Numbered from the stretch's first letter, positions 13,704 through 27,866 are shown. The stretch is 64,000 bases of DNA from Octopus vulgaris (GCA_951406725.2 OX597819.1:116002001-116066000), one strand, 5' to 3'. Notes: generated by a model from the letters alone, not told the origin. Numbers and translations: made by a program.

Positions 13704-14483
13704 AGGTCTGATCAATTATTATCCGGACTGTTGCCATAGTAACGAAGCTAAAGCATGCTGAGTGAAGCCGTTTTGCAAAGACTGACCTTGAACTTTGTTG
13801 TGCTTGGACACTAAGGTTTAACGTTCTAGCTCACTTCCGCTATTTCAGCTGTGCTTAGAAGGAAGTGTGTAGCGTGTGGTCATCATATTGATCGTGAAAG
13901 AGAAAGTTGTCATGGCGATACCTGCTCAGATGCCTACGCAATGTTGCAGAAAGTGCATGGAGAGGAGTGTATGAGCGATTCAGACATTTCGAAGATGGCC
14001 GAAAAAATGTCGATATTGACGAACATTCTGGGAGACCCTCAACCAGCAGAACTGAGACGATCATCGCAGGTGTGCGTGCAGCTTTGAGAGGAAATCATCG
14101 AGTCCCTATTCATGAGTTAACAGAGAATGTACAGATTGTGGAGGCGCAATGGCCTAGTGGTTAGGGCAGCGGACTTGCGGTCGGAGGATCGCGGTTTCGA
14201 TTCCCAGACCGGGCGTTGTGTGTGTTTATTGAGCGAAAACACCTAAAAGCTCCACGAGGCTCCGGCAGGAGGTGGTGATCCCTGCTGTACTCAAAAGGCG
14301 GTGCTCCAGCATGGCCGCAGTCAAATGACTGAAACAAGTACAAAAAAAAAAAAAAAAAAAATTAGATATGGTTCAGTTCAGTCCATTAACACTGATGAAG
14401 ATTTGGGTATGAGATACGTGTCTGCCAAACTTGTGCCAAAACTGCTTTCAGCTGACCAAATAGACACTCGGGTTTCATATGCT
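13704..14483 (+). mobile_element. mariner transposon 5' half (HTH region), interrupted by a SINE
   Basis: AYAMLQKVHGEECMS..FEDGRKNVDIDEHSGRPSTS..; after the SINE: EDLGMRYVSAKLVPKLLS (WVP-like linker). Confidence 0.85.
14138..14361 (+). mobile_element. chimeric SINE: family B tRNA head plus family C tail and poly(A)
   Basis: A box tggcctagtgg, B box gtttcgattcc; after ctgtactc the sequence switches to ggcggtgctccagcatggccgcagtcaaatgactgaaacaagta. Confidence 0.85.
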
Positions 14484-14995
14484 TGATATCTCTTTGTCTG
14501 TGTTGAGAAGAAAGATGATAACAACAGGAATTATGAAAATGAGCAAACAAACAGCAATAAAATACATTAAGCAGAAAAATTTTAATATACTTTCTACTCT
14601 AGGCACAAGGCCCGAAATTTTGGGGGATGGGCTAGTCGATTAGCATGAAATGCAAAGTCGACCTCGGCGAAATTTGACAAGTGAATATAGACAAGGCAGT
14701 TTAATATGACACGAACCAAAATTTGAGCTACCGTCTTCATGATTTGGAACATTAACATTTCTGCTTTGCTAAAATTGCATTTCCTTCCTTCGCGTCATTT
14801 CTGTCTCTTGTATATATAGATTCGCACCAACACACACACATACACACACACACACACACACACTCCTCCTCTCTCTCTCTCTCACAAACAAATACACACA
14901 TACTTTTTAGCGAGTGTCAAACACATACATTCCATGTGCGCGTCCTCTTGTTTTGTTATTGCTAAATGTAAATTTCTATTATTCGAGTTTAGTCC

Positions 14996-14996
<1 letters not shown>

Positions 14997-15074
<78 letters not shown>
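14997..15074. repeat. (CTAT)n microsatellite
   Basis: Direct inspection. Confidence 0.95.
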
Positions 15075-15075
<1 letters not shown>

Positions 15076-15099
15076 GTATATATATATATATATATATTT

Positions 15100-15627
<528 letters not shown>

Positions 15628-18454
15628 CGAAGGCTCCGTTGTATCAGAGTTCGTAAAAGTGTTTGATAGCTAAAAGAAAAGTTTGAGAAACCTATATTTA
15701 ATGAAAATTCCTTCTAACTCCTTAAAATCTAAAACCAACAAGAAGGAGTGAAATTTATGGGCTGTATAGATATTAAGTAGTGGAAAGAGAACAATTCAAT
15801 ATTATGTTTCCTTTTCACCATAATTATAAATGAAATGTTCATATATCTCGATATAATCTAATATTTTATCGATTCTGACACAAGGACTGTCCTTTACAAA
15901 TTGCTTCTTATTTTTAACGCTATCTTTAACCACCACAGTTATTACTTAATCTAAAGAAATTGAATTTATTGAGTACAGTAGAGCATTGCTTCTTTATATA
16001 TTCCATCGTTATAAAGGCATAAGGAATTAAAAAAAAAATTCATCTTTAAAGGAATAAACCAATTTCAATTTTAATTATGCAATTATGGTGGAACACATTT
16101 AAGTGATGCTACTATAATTTTATTTTCCATTATGAGCTGAAAATTTGTAGGGAATAGTTGAAGAAGAATATTTCGTAAAATCTAAAACACCCATTAATAT
16201 GATCGATGCTCTTCTTATTTCAGAACACATACGGTTAACATTTCAGCAATTCACATATTTTGTAAACATTTGTCTTTTTCTTTTTATACATCAGTATGTG
16301 TTACAGAATTTCTTGGCATGGTGGGGTGGGATTTGATTTACCGCAGCGCATAATACTTTTCTGTCTTTTAGTGTGTGTCTTAAGCACTTAATCTTCGTTG
16401 GTAAAACACATTATTAAGTAAGCTTCGTGTGAAAGCGAATATGTATATAGGTTTTCATGTTATTTTATCATACAAAACATTTGTATTTATATTTGTGCAC
16501 AAGGTATTTGCATACATGATACAAGAGACAGCGAACGTGGAAATTACTAGTCTTGATTGTATAAAATATTTTTGTGATTGTATGGAAAATGCTCATCTTT
16601 ATTAACGACAAAGCATGTAGAAAACGGAAAGGACATCTTATCAGGAAACTGACGAACATAGTTCGTTCTGTGTAACTGCTGAGGTTATTCTGAGTAGAAA
16701 CTCAAAATTCCAACTTTTATAACGAGATAAGAGATTTCTAGAAAATTCGACCAAACTATATGGCGAGAGAATTTCTATTCACTTGGTTATAAGTGAGCCT
16801 ATCTGATTGACGGAGCCTTGTTGGATTAGGTGTTAATGTCTTTTATGGGGACAGTTGTTTTCAAACTGGCATTGTGTTTTATAGTAGTACGGTAGATCAT
16901 CGTTCTCAAAACTCAGCAAGCACCCGCTACAATCTCATCACCCAAAATCATATTTGTGGGTATTACCATGTTGTCTCAGTTTTTACTGCTGTACTCAGTA
17001 TCTTTTGCATGACTTCTAAATGCACCAGTGATGATCTGTTTGGAATGGGATCTTTCAGATCACTTTTGCCGTATATTGTTTCCTTTCCTGGACACTCCTT
17101 CAGCCTCTGTAGCCTTCTTGATGGCCTTCCAGAAAACAGAAGATCTCATATTTCAAACAATTTATATCACATTGGGATTAGCATCTGTTGATCGATACCG
17201 TAATCTCAGAAATATCCTATTATAATTTAGAAACTGAAAAATATGATGCCCTTTTACTTGGATGAAATATACTCTAGCAATGTCAGCATTCACGTGATTG
17301 TGCAGTTTAATAGCTGTTATTAATTTGGTTGGATTTCTATTTAGCTTTGCCAGTAAAGTTAAATTGCACTTGAATATAATACTATATAAATATCTGCAAC
17401 ATATAGAGAGATGATGCGTATTGTTTAATTCTTAGCATTTAATTCTATTGAATTCATAATTCTATTGCATTCAATTCTAAACACTTTTTATATGGGAATG
17501 TTCATTCTATGTAATTCACTGATTCTTAAATAAGTATCTTTCTTCAATATTATTCTCTTATCATTTTCCTTATTTAATTAAATATTAATATTCTAAGACT
17601 CCATTCATTAAGGTATTCAATAGTACTTTCAACTAATTTATTCGTTGGTCACCAGTTTCATCATTAAATCTGTGTACTGTCTACTCGTTGTCTCGTCATT
17701 GTTAATCTCCAGCAGTCAGTGCCAGATCTCTATATAAGAGATAATTGTTTTCCAACACAACAGCATCTATATTTGCGTCTACATATCGTATAAACTTGAA
17801 TGCGGTTTTGACAGTGGGTATTCACTTCTTAGAATGTATTTATATAGACAAACAGTTATATTATTCATGGAGATTCAGCCTGGGAATGCTTTTATTCTAT
17901 CCTTTCATAGAGGCTTCAGCTGCATGTGGAGATACAGTGTACAACTGTTTCAATATTGGCGTCGTCTATTCTACAGAAGACAGACGGATATTATAGTCGA
18001 TAGATCATCGGGCAAAATATTTTTATACTCCATGGATACATCCATTTATGTTGAGTTCATATCTCACCGTGGTGTCCTTTTAGCTTTTCATAATTCCGTA
18101 GTCGATAAATAGGTATTGGGGCGACCAAAATGAATCGATTATACCCTTGAAAACAATATATTCCAACATAGCAACAGTTCATTGATATAAATTTGTATAA
18201 TAACAATAAAAGAATTTCCATTGAAAGCGCATTGCATCTACGGATGTTAATAGACTCCTTCATAGAAACATATTATGAATGATAGTAAAAACAAAAACAA
18301 GCAAATTAAATATGGAGTCAAGAAAAGTGTGGCAAGATAAATATCTGGAATCGGTCATAGAGTTTGAAACAGATATTACAATATACTTAGTAAACCCAAA
18401 GTAATATAACACTTAATGATGAAATACTGGATATCTGATGACTTGCCGGCTAAC

Positions 18455-19390
18455 CAAATCAACAAATGTGGTACTTATTTTATCGAACTCGAAAGGGAGA
18501 TAAGCACAGTCGTCCTGGGTAGAATTTGAACTCAGAGCGTACGACGGAAGAAATGCCGTTGAGAATTTCGTCCGGAGGGGTAACGATTCTGCCATTCTCC
18601 CACCCTGCTCCTCGTCCTCTACTTCGCCCTGTTCCCCGCCCTGCTCTCCGGCATACTCCCCGCTTTAATAATAATAATACCTATTTTTAGTTACAGCTGC
18701 CCAACAGAGCGAAATGCACGTGCTAGCTTACAAAGTGACAAGCAGAATTATAATATGATGATTTTGATATTGACACATGGTCATGTGTTTAGGCGAGAGC
18801 ATACTCTTAATGATTGACTTCCGTTACTGAAATTTCATTGAACATAGAAATATATGAAAGGCAAAGTCGACCGCTGCTGAATTTGATCTCAGAACGTAAA
18901 GACGGGCGAAAAGCCGCAAAGTATTTTGTCCGGAGTGTTAACGATTCTACCAGCTTTGCCATTTAATGATTTCAAATTTTGGCACAAGGCGAGAAATATG
19001 AGGGGAGGGGATAAGTTGATTACATCGATCCCAGAACTCAACTGGTACTTATTTTATCGGCGCCGAAATAATGAAAGGCAAATTCGATCTCGGCGGATTT
19101 GAACTCAGAACATAAAGACCGGAGCGAAATCCGCAAAGCATTTTCCATGCCGTACTAAAGACTCTGCCAGCTCACTACCTTACCTTAACTATAAACCTTT
19201 CTAATATATGCACAAGGTCTGAAATTTTGAGGGAGGAGCTATCGATTATATCGACTCCAGAATTTAACTGGAACTTATTTCATCAATGCTGAAAGGCAAA
19301 GTCGACCGCGGTGGAATTTGGAGTCAGACTGTAAAGGTGGACGAAATACCGCTAAGCATGTTGTACTGTGTGCTCACAATTTTGCCAACA
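18455..19390 (-). mobile_element. cluster of about four degraded SINE family A copies, same orientation
   Basis: Repeated ggtacttatttt/aaaggcaaagtcgac/atttgaactcagaac motifs near 18470, 18855, 19040 and 19270. Confidence 0.75.
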
Positions 19391-19412
19391 CTTTAATAAG
19401 CTTAAGACCTTA

Positions 19413-19635
19413 ATAATAGTAATGGAGCCCTGGGAAGAGTGAGCAAAAATCTTGAGAAGTACGTGGAACAAATAGGGGCTGCAATAAGGGTGGATCACTT
19501 GCAGAAAACTGCACTGCTTGGAACCGCTCGAATAGTCCGGAAGGTGCTTGAAGAATAAGAGGTGTTACCTTAGTTCACTGGTGGTGAACAGCTGACACTG
19601 TAGTACATGTTCAGCGTAAGTTGTGCAAAGGCAAT
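19413..19635 (+). mobile_element. R4/Dong LINE 3' end (family a) with (TAA)n tail
   Basis: GALGRVSKNLEKYVEQIG..HLQKTALLGTARIVRKVLEE*, the REL-LINE C-terminus. Confidence 0.85.
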
Positions 19636-19744
19636 AAATAATGATAATGATAACAACAACAACAAAAATAACAACAATAATAATAATGATAATAATGATA
19701 ATAATAATAATAATAATAATGATAATAATAATAATAATAATAAA

Positions 19745-20300
19745 TGCCCTGATGCAGTACCAGGCAGTGGCTCACATGACTTCTGATCTTAACTGATTGG
19801 AAGTGTTATCATGTATATTGTTATTTCTTGGTATAAAAGATAGGCTACAGCAAATTTTCTGCTCAATACGACAGATTTGCTTGTCAGTTGTTTGACCTTA
19901 ACCAGTTGAGCCTGTCCCTTAGTGGCTGGCTATATGTGCATCTCTGACCACGTGCAGAAGTAGTGCGGGAGCATCATAGCCATGTGTTAAAAGGAATTCT
20001 TAGAGGTTTGGATAATTCACCTCTGTAAACATGGGTGATTCGTTCAACATCCTTAAATAACCCATATTTAGGGATCATTTGAGCGGGATGGGCTACTCGA
20101 AAAGAAGGAAATTCTAACTGGTACCCACCTGCAAGGTTATGTACTGTTTATCTTGATATGAGATCACCATGTCACGCACATGTGGTTGTGATACATGTGC
20201 CTGGTGTACCCTTATCCGACGGGTAGTCATGATTGGTATACTGGGCTTCGTATATTTTACGCCAGTGTCACTTTGATGGCATGCACTGCTCTCTCACTCA
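19745..20300 (+). mobile_element. ~555-bp non-coding element in (TAA)n, copy 1
   Basis: Co-linear with 21579-22133 and 52767-53315, with the same ends. Confidence 0.85.
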
Positions 20301-20339
20301 ATAATGATGATGATAATAATAATAATAATGATAATAATA

Positions 20340-20395
<56 letters not shown>

Positions 20396-20589
20396 TTCAA
20401 ATTTTTTTCACATTGCAGCTTGATGAAAGTAGGGATGAGTCGATTATATCGACCCAATGTGCTCTGCTGGTATTTATTTTATCGACCCCGAATGGATAAA
20501 AGGCGGAATTTGAGCTCAGAACGTAGCGACGGGCGAAATACTGCTTAGCGTTTCGTCCATTGTGCTAACGATTCTGCAAGCTCACCGCT

Positions 20590-20632
<43 letters not shown>

Positions 20633-20645
20633 CAATAATAATACA

Positions 20646-21384
20646 TTTTTAATTGCAGCTCAAGACCAAAGCCTCCACACCAGAAATTATCAAAAACATA
20701 ATGAAAAGAAACATAACAAGTAACTGCAGAATATGTGGAAAAGGACAAGAAACAATAAATCATATTATTTCTGACTGCCCAGTCCTGGCTAAGAAGGAAT
20801 ATATTCACAGACACGTCAGAGTTGGGACCTACGTATACTGGAAGCTATGCCAATACTATGGAATAACAACAGAAAAATGATGGTATAGGCTCACACAAGA
20901 AAAGGTCACAGAAAACGAGAAAGCAACCATACTCTGGGATATGCCAATACACACAGATAGAGAAATTAAGGTCAATAGGCCAGATATAGTTGTCAGAGAT
21001 CATGAAGAAAAAAATGTTTTCTAATTGATGTATCAATACCAGCGGATGACAACGTTTCTCTAAAAGAAATGGAGAAACTTTCAAAATACAGACCTGGAAA
21101 TAGAGGTAACTCGAATGTGGAATCTAAAAACAGAAACAATCCCTATCATATTAGGTGCATTAGGCATGATAAAAAATATTCAGACAAATACATAACAAAA
21201 ACACCAGGACTTACAAATATATATAACTTACAGAAAATTGCACTACTGGGCACTGCACACATCCTACGCAAAATACTTTCAATACAGTAACCATAAGAGC
21301 ATCACAGCAAACCACAGCACATACCCAAAGCACACAGAGCTGCGCTCGGTAGTGAAGTGAAAGCATGTGGTAAAAATAAGACTA

Positions 21385-21387
<3 letters not shown>
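20646..21387 (+). mobile_element. R4/Dong LINE 3' end (family b): CCHC finger and REL endonuclease
   Basis: AAQDQSL..CRICGKGQETINHIISDCPVLA..YIHRH; ILWDMPIHTDREIKVNRPDIVV..LIDVSIP; LQKIALLGTAHILRKIL*; (TAA)n tail. Confidence 0.92.
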
Positions 21388-21453
<66 letters not shown>

Positions 21454-21502
21454 CATAATAATAATAATAATAATAATGATAATAATAATGATAATAATAA
21501 TG

Positions 21503-21563
<61 letters not shown>

Positions 21564-21578
21564 CAATAATAATAATAA
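21388..21578. repeat. (TAA)n microsatellite
   Basis: Direct inspection. Confidence 0.95.
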
Positions 21579-22133
21579 TGCCCTGATGCAGTACCAGGCA
21601 GTGGCTCTCATGGCTTCTGATCTTAACTGATTGGAAGTGTTATCATGTACATTGTTTTGTCTTGGTATAAAAGATGGGCTACAGCAAATATTCTGCTCAA
21701 TACCACAACTTTGCTTGTCAGTTGTTTGACCTTAACCAGTTGAGCATGTCCCTTAGTGGCTGACGATATGTGCATCTCTGATCACGAGCAGAAGTAGTGG
21801 GGGAGCATCATAGCCATGTGTTGAGAAGGATTCTTTGGGGTTTGAATAATTCACCTCTGAAACATGGGTGTTTCGTTCAACGTCCTTAAACAACCCTTAT
21901 TCAGGGACCTTTTGAGCGGGATGGGTTACTCGATCTGAAGAAAATTCTAACTGGGCCCCATCTGCAAGGTCATGTGCTGTTTATCTTGATATGAGATCAC
22001 CATGTCGCGCACATATGGTTGTGATGCATGTGCCTGGTGTACCTTTCTCAGACGGGTAGTCATGATGGGTATACTGGGCTTCGTATATTTTACCCCAGTG
22101 TCACTTTGATGGCATGCTCTGCTCGCTCACTCA
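21579..22133 (+). mobile_element. ~555-bp non-coding element in (TAA)n, copy 2
   Basis: tgccctgatgcagtacc...ctcactca, flanked by (TAA)n on both sides. Confidence 0.85.
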
Positions 22134-22157
22134 ATAATAATAATAATAATAATAATA

Positions 22158-22491
22158 AAATACAATACCAGTGATCGTAGGAGCACTAGGAATGATCAAA
22201 AAGGAACCGAAAATTATATGAGAATGATCCCTGGCTTACCATCCCTTCAAGAAGTGCAAAAGATTGTCCTAACTAGTACATCACACGTATAGAGAAGAGC
22301 ATTGTCGATGTGAGAACTATTACTACCCATGTATTTTAATTTAACTTTATTTCTATCAAAAAAAAAAAAAAAAAACTAGTGAGTTTAGTTTAATGGCCTA
22401 CCAATGTATACTATGAGTTTCTTTGCCCTAGGAGTCGGGAAGACACTCGGCAAGAAATGGAAGCAAATTTGAAAGAAGAAGAAAAAAACCC
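22158..22491 (+). mobile_element. R4/Dong LINE 3' end (family c)
   Basis: TIPVIVGALGMIK..IPGLPSLQEVQKIVLTSTSHV..RALSM*, then 3' UTR and (TAA)n. Confidence 0.85.
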
Positions 22492-22537
<46 letters not shown>

Positions 22538-23206
22538 TAATAATGATAATAATAATAATCAGGGCTTTCGTTGATTGATATAAACACACGTCCGACAACA
22601 TATAAACAACTAAATATAGTAGAAAAATATAGAATCTTGTCATTCAACCTGATGTAATTTTTAATTTTCTTTGCTTTTAGAATGTTGAGTTGTTTTTTTT
22701 TTTGTTTGTGCTGGCTTATCAATTTTAGATTTGATACATTATTGGCACACTGTGTTTCGCTCTCTTAACTCTACAGACTCTATATTCCCACCAGCTGTGC
22801 TTGCTTGCTTTCTCTCTGATTACATTGCCAATTTTTCCTACGCAAACAATTTGATTAATATCGCTTCTGATTTTACATTTCGCAATGTTATTACAATTAC
22901 AGCTAGATTGCTGCAGATATGTTTCATTAACGTGCTACGTCAATTTTTATCAAAAATGTTATTTATATTTTTCTCCGATGGCTTAGTGAAGATGAAGGTG
23001 CAGTTACGATTACAATTACAGGCCTTTCAAATACAAGCAAGATGGAAGCATTTAAAGTATTTCCTACCGATATTTTACTTATAACATTAATCAAATGATA
23101 TAGGGGAATATTTTGGTGCACAGAAAAAACAACATTCTAGATAGTTGAGGTTAAGGGAGGAAAGGAATAGGGAAACAATATTTGAGTCCATTGAAATGTA
23201 TTTGTA

Positions 23207-23433
23207 TACTCTTTACTCTTTACTCTCTTTTACTTGTTTCAGTCATTTGACTGCGGCCATGCTGGAGCACCGCCTTTAGTCGAGCAAATCGACCCCGGGA
23301 CTTATTCTTTGTAAGCCCAGTACTTATTCTATCGGTCTCTTTTGCCGAACCGCTAAGTGACGGGGACGTAAACACAATAGCATCGGTTGTCAAGCAATGC
23401 TAGGGGAACAAACACAGACACACACACACATAC

Positions 23434-23483
<50 letters not shown>

Positions 23484-23636
23484 GCGACAGCTTCTTTCAG
23501 TTTCCGTCTACCAAATCCACTCACAAGGCATTGGTCGGCCCGGGGCTATAGCAGAAGACACTTGCCCAAGATGCCACGCAGTGGGACTGAACCCGGATCC
23601 ATGTGGTTGGTTAGCAAGCTACTTACCACACAGCCA
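23207..23636 (-). mobile_element. SINE family C, near full length
   Basis: Head tggctgtgtggtaag..ggttcagtcc, CORE-like ttgggcaagtgtctt, internal TA/CA repeat, (agtaaaag)-like tail. Confidence 0.9.
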
Positions 23637-24084
23637 TACACATATACACAGTATTTCCTACCAATATTTTACTTATATCATTAATCAAATGACATAGGGG
23701 AATATTTTGGTGCAGAGAAAAAACAACATTCTAGATAGTTGAGGTTAAGGGAGAAAAGGAATAGGGAAACAATATATGAGTCCATTGGAATGTATCTGAG
23801 ATGTAAAAGACTAATTTCAACGAATGAAATACGTACGAACAATAAGTTACGTTTCAGATAGAGATGGTACGTGATGAGGTATTTCAGAGAAACAGCTAAA
23901 CTTTGGATCCAGAGGCTGTAGTGAGTTCATGAGTGAATATTTGCCAATCAGTCCGATTAATTTAGGAAATTCAGTTATGATAAATATGGCTGTAACAGCA
24001 ACTGTAGCACCGACGCAAATATGTATTGTCAATTATTGTACCATAGTTATACATTCATACATATATACATACATACATACATAC

Positions 24085-24141
<57 letters not shown>

Positions 24142-24849
24142 AACACATATACATATACACATACATATATATATGTACACACAAACACACACTTAGCCAT
24201 GCTCTGTATGTACATTGTTTTCTCGCGAAATTATAAGATATTAAAGAGAACATTTATTGTACTTCTGCTGTGTTGGTTTTTATAATTATTAGTTTCTTCT
24301 GGTTATTTTTCTTCATAGATTCTGTGATCTGTGTTCCATCGAGTTCCTGTAACAGCAGCTAAACTTCAAACAACACATTACTATCTTCAAAAGAAAAGAG
24401 CTCTGTTGATAATGGCGTCCTAGGTCCACTGTATGAATAAAGAATGGGATAGTCACGGCTGAATGGAGTATATCCTCTAAATATTTGTTTGATGTATTTA
24501 ATCATTCTAAATGCATACTGTTCTTAGTATAAGCTAGGCTGTCCTGAAGTGAACATGTTCTTACCTACCAAAGCTCTGGTTAAGAGAAATTGGCATAGAT
24601 GAGGTATCGTGCATATCAAATACAAAAATGGCTGGGTCTCCCACTTTCAAAATGCTGAGGTGAGAACTTCTTATTAATTGAAATTATGCAAGCAATTTCT
24701 TGTTAGAAATTTCCTCAAAAGGTGTCTAAATATAACCAAAAATATAAAAAAGCTTCGGAAATAACTCAAACAATGAGTCGGTCGAAAACTGGAAAATATA
24801 GACAGTACAAATTTAATGGAACTGGTTCATTCACATGTAAGCACACACA

Positions 24850-24907
<58 letters not shown>

Positions 24908-25278
24908 AACACACACACACGCACATAAGCATACGTACGCACACACACATATATATGCGTAATTGTGTGTGTGTGACAGCGTATTCATACGCACACACAC
25001 GCACTCAAATATATGTGTGTATATGGCTGTATCAACAACCAATGTGGAATGGTATACACTTTTTTATTTATTGGCGTCACCTTACATATTTTGCTTCCCT
25101 TCTTACATTGCTTACAGTTCTACTTAAACTTACTTATACAATTAGCACATTGCAATACTTAAAGCGAATTAAAAAATATATATATACATACACTCACGAC
25201 GCAGATGTAATTGTATAAGTGTGAGTGTATATATATACACTCACACATATACAATTACATCTGCGTCGTGAGTGTATG

Positions 25279-25309
<31 letters not shown>

Positions 25310-25323
25310 TTATGTGTATATAA

Positions 25324-25364
<41 letters not shown>

Positions 25365-25816
25365 GATAGATAGATAGATAGATAAATTTATACATACATA
25401 CATACATAGATACATACGTACATACTCACACATATACACTTATATGTGCGAGCGTTTGTGTGCTTGTTATATAGGACCAGGTGCCTTCTTTTAGAATTTC
25501 GCATATAGGATATTTTAGCTTAAAAATTGAATTATATTCGATATTCACTGCAGTTTTACGTAAAAAAAAAAATACCAACAGGCTAACAAGTATGTTGGCA
25601 ATTTACTTCATTAAGACCACCTATTCTTTTACGCACCTGAAGTGTTTTCCATGATAGTAGGACGCAGTTTGGTATGAAATGCTGGCGTTTTATAGAATAC
25701 GTCTTATGAATGATATCGTTGGAAATATATTTTTGCCAAGATAGATAATATAAAAAAAAAAAGCTAAAAACTATACAAAAATGTAAAACATACAATAATT
25801 ACAATTTCACTCTGTG

Positions 25817-26110
25817 AAGGTGAGCTACTTAGTGGTAAGGGACATTCATCTCACGACCTTACGATTCTGAGTTCGATTGCCAGCGACGCATTGTGTCCTT
25901 GAGCAAGACATTTCATTTGACGTTGCTTCAGTTTATTCAGCTGGTAAGAACGAGTAATGCCTGTTATACAAAGAGCCAGCTTTATCACATTCACTGTTAC
26001 GCTGGATCTTCTTCAGAACTACGTGAAGGGTACGTGTGCCCGTGGAGTACTCAGCCTCTTGCTCGTTTATTTCACTGGAACCATCGCCGTCGTAACTGAC
26101 AGAGCGTTGC
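25817..26110 (+). mobile_element. older tRNA/CORE-like SINE (family D), degraded
   Basis: B box gagttcgattgcc followed by ttgtgtccttgagcaagacattt; related remnant on the minus strand at about 33200-33350. Confidence 0.55.
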
Positions 26111-26231
26111 ATTTGATGATTTAACTCTTATCAAAATTATTGATGCTTAAACAAAATGATGTGATGACTACTGAAAAATATTTATTACCTTCAAATGGCA
26201 CCAAGATACTCGTGATATCATGGGTAACACT

Positions 26232-26655
26232 ATCTTTTACTCATTTACTCTTTTACTTGTTTCAGTCATTTGATTGTGGCCATGCTGGAGCAACGCCTTT
26301 AGTCGAGCAAATCGACCCCAGGTCTTATTCTTTGTAAGCCTAGTACTTATTCTATCGGACTCTTTAGCCAAACTGCTAAGTTACGGGGACGTTAACACAC
26401 CAGCATCGGTTGTGAAGTGATGTTAGGGGGACAAACACAAACACACAAACATACACATACACACATATATATATGTATATATACATATATACGACAGGCT
26501 TCTTTCAGTTTCTGTCTACCAAATCCACTCACAAGGATTTGGTCGGCCCGAGGCTATAGTAGAAGATACTTGCCCAAGATGCCACGCAGTGGGACTGAAC
26601 CTGGAACCATGTGGTTGGTAAGCAAGCTATTTACCACACAGCGACTTCAACGCCT
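26232..26655 (-). mobile_element. SINE family C
   Basis: Homologous to 23207-23636. Confidence 0.9.
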
Positions 26656-27620
26656 ACTCTAATGAAATAATCCTTTCTACTATAGCCACAAGACCTAAAA
26701 TTTGGGGAAGAGGGGCATAGTCGATTACATCGATCCAAGTACTCAAGTGGTACTTAATTTATTGATCCCGAAAGGATGAAAGGCAAAGTCGAACTGGATA
26801 CACTTTAATGAAATAAGCATTTCAAACATTGGTAGAAAGATAATAATATATATTATTGTGTAGTTTTCTCAATCGATTTGACAGGAACTTATTTCATCGG
26901 GCCTTAATGAGATGAAAGGCAAATGCGACTCCGAGAGAATTTGAACTCAGAATGTTGATGTTTGCAATAGTTTCTGTTTGAAATATGAGTATTACGATAT
27001 TCTACTGATTCTGCTAATATATCAATCTTCACGAGTAGAGAAAACTGGTCGATGTATGATACTAAGGTATTTGATATTTTCAAAAGGCAAACCTGAACGA
27101 AATTGTCACTCGTGAAACATCTGTGCTCATAGGCCTGTTTAATCAGAGTAAACACTGGTTAAATAACTGCTGTGCGGAGTTTCTATAATTCTCTCTGTCT
27201 TTTTCTCTTTCGTTCTCTCTTTATGTCTTCCTCTCTCTCGTTCTCTCTTTATATTCCTCTTTCTCTCACGTTCACAGATTTCCATCTATAATTTAATATA
27301 TCTTGTCATTAAGGGATACGTATTTTCGTTACTGTGACTTCCAGTAAAGTTCATATGTTTATCGAATACCCAGTCGAATATAGATTAATTTCACATGCAG
27401 AAAAATTAATTTAATATCAGCTCAGTTCCGATTTTGTCTTAGTTGAATGCAAACGAATTAGACGTAAACTTTCCATTACAGATTCCAAGGCAACTCTCAC
27501 AACTCTGCCTACCAATATAATAATTCAAATATTTCATGCAAGCAGCAAGCCTCTCACGGCCCATATATGACATGATTTTTAATTGTCGGCATGCATATTG
27601 GATCATCATACTAAAACAAT

Positions 27621-27866
27621 CTCTTTTATTCTTCTATTTGTTTCAATCATTTTACTTCGGCCATGCTGGAGCACCGCCTTTAGTCGAGCGAATCGATCCC
27701 AGGACTTATTCTTTGTAAGCCAAATACTTATTCTATCGGACTCTTTTGCCGAACCGCTAAGTTACGAGGACGTAAACACACCAGCATCGGTTGCCAAGCG
27801 ATGTTATGGGGGGAACAAACACAGACACACAAACATATACACACACATACATAAATACATACATAC

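Noticed and set aside
16870-18280. Coding exons in the ORF cluster
   Set aside because: No coherent protein; probably very old LINE or PLE debris, too decayed to call.
21579-21660. HDV-like or hammerhead ribozyme at the 5' end of the 555-bp element
   Set aside because: I could not build P1/P3 pairings by eye, and ctgatgca lacks a matching GAAA; only a small hairpin is evident.
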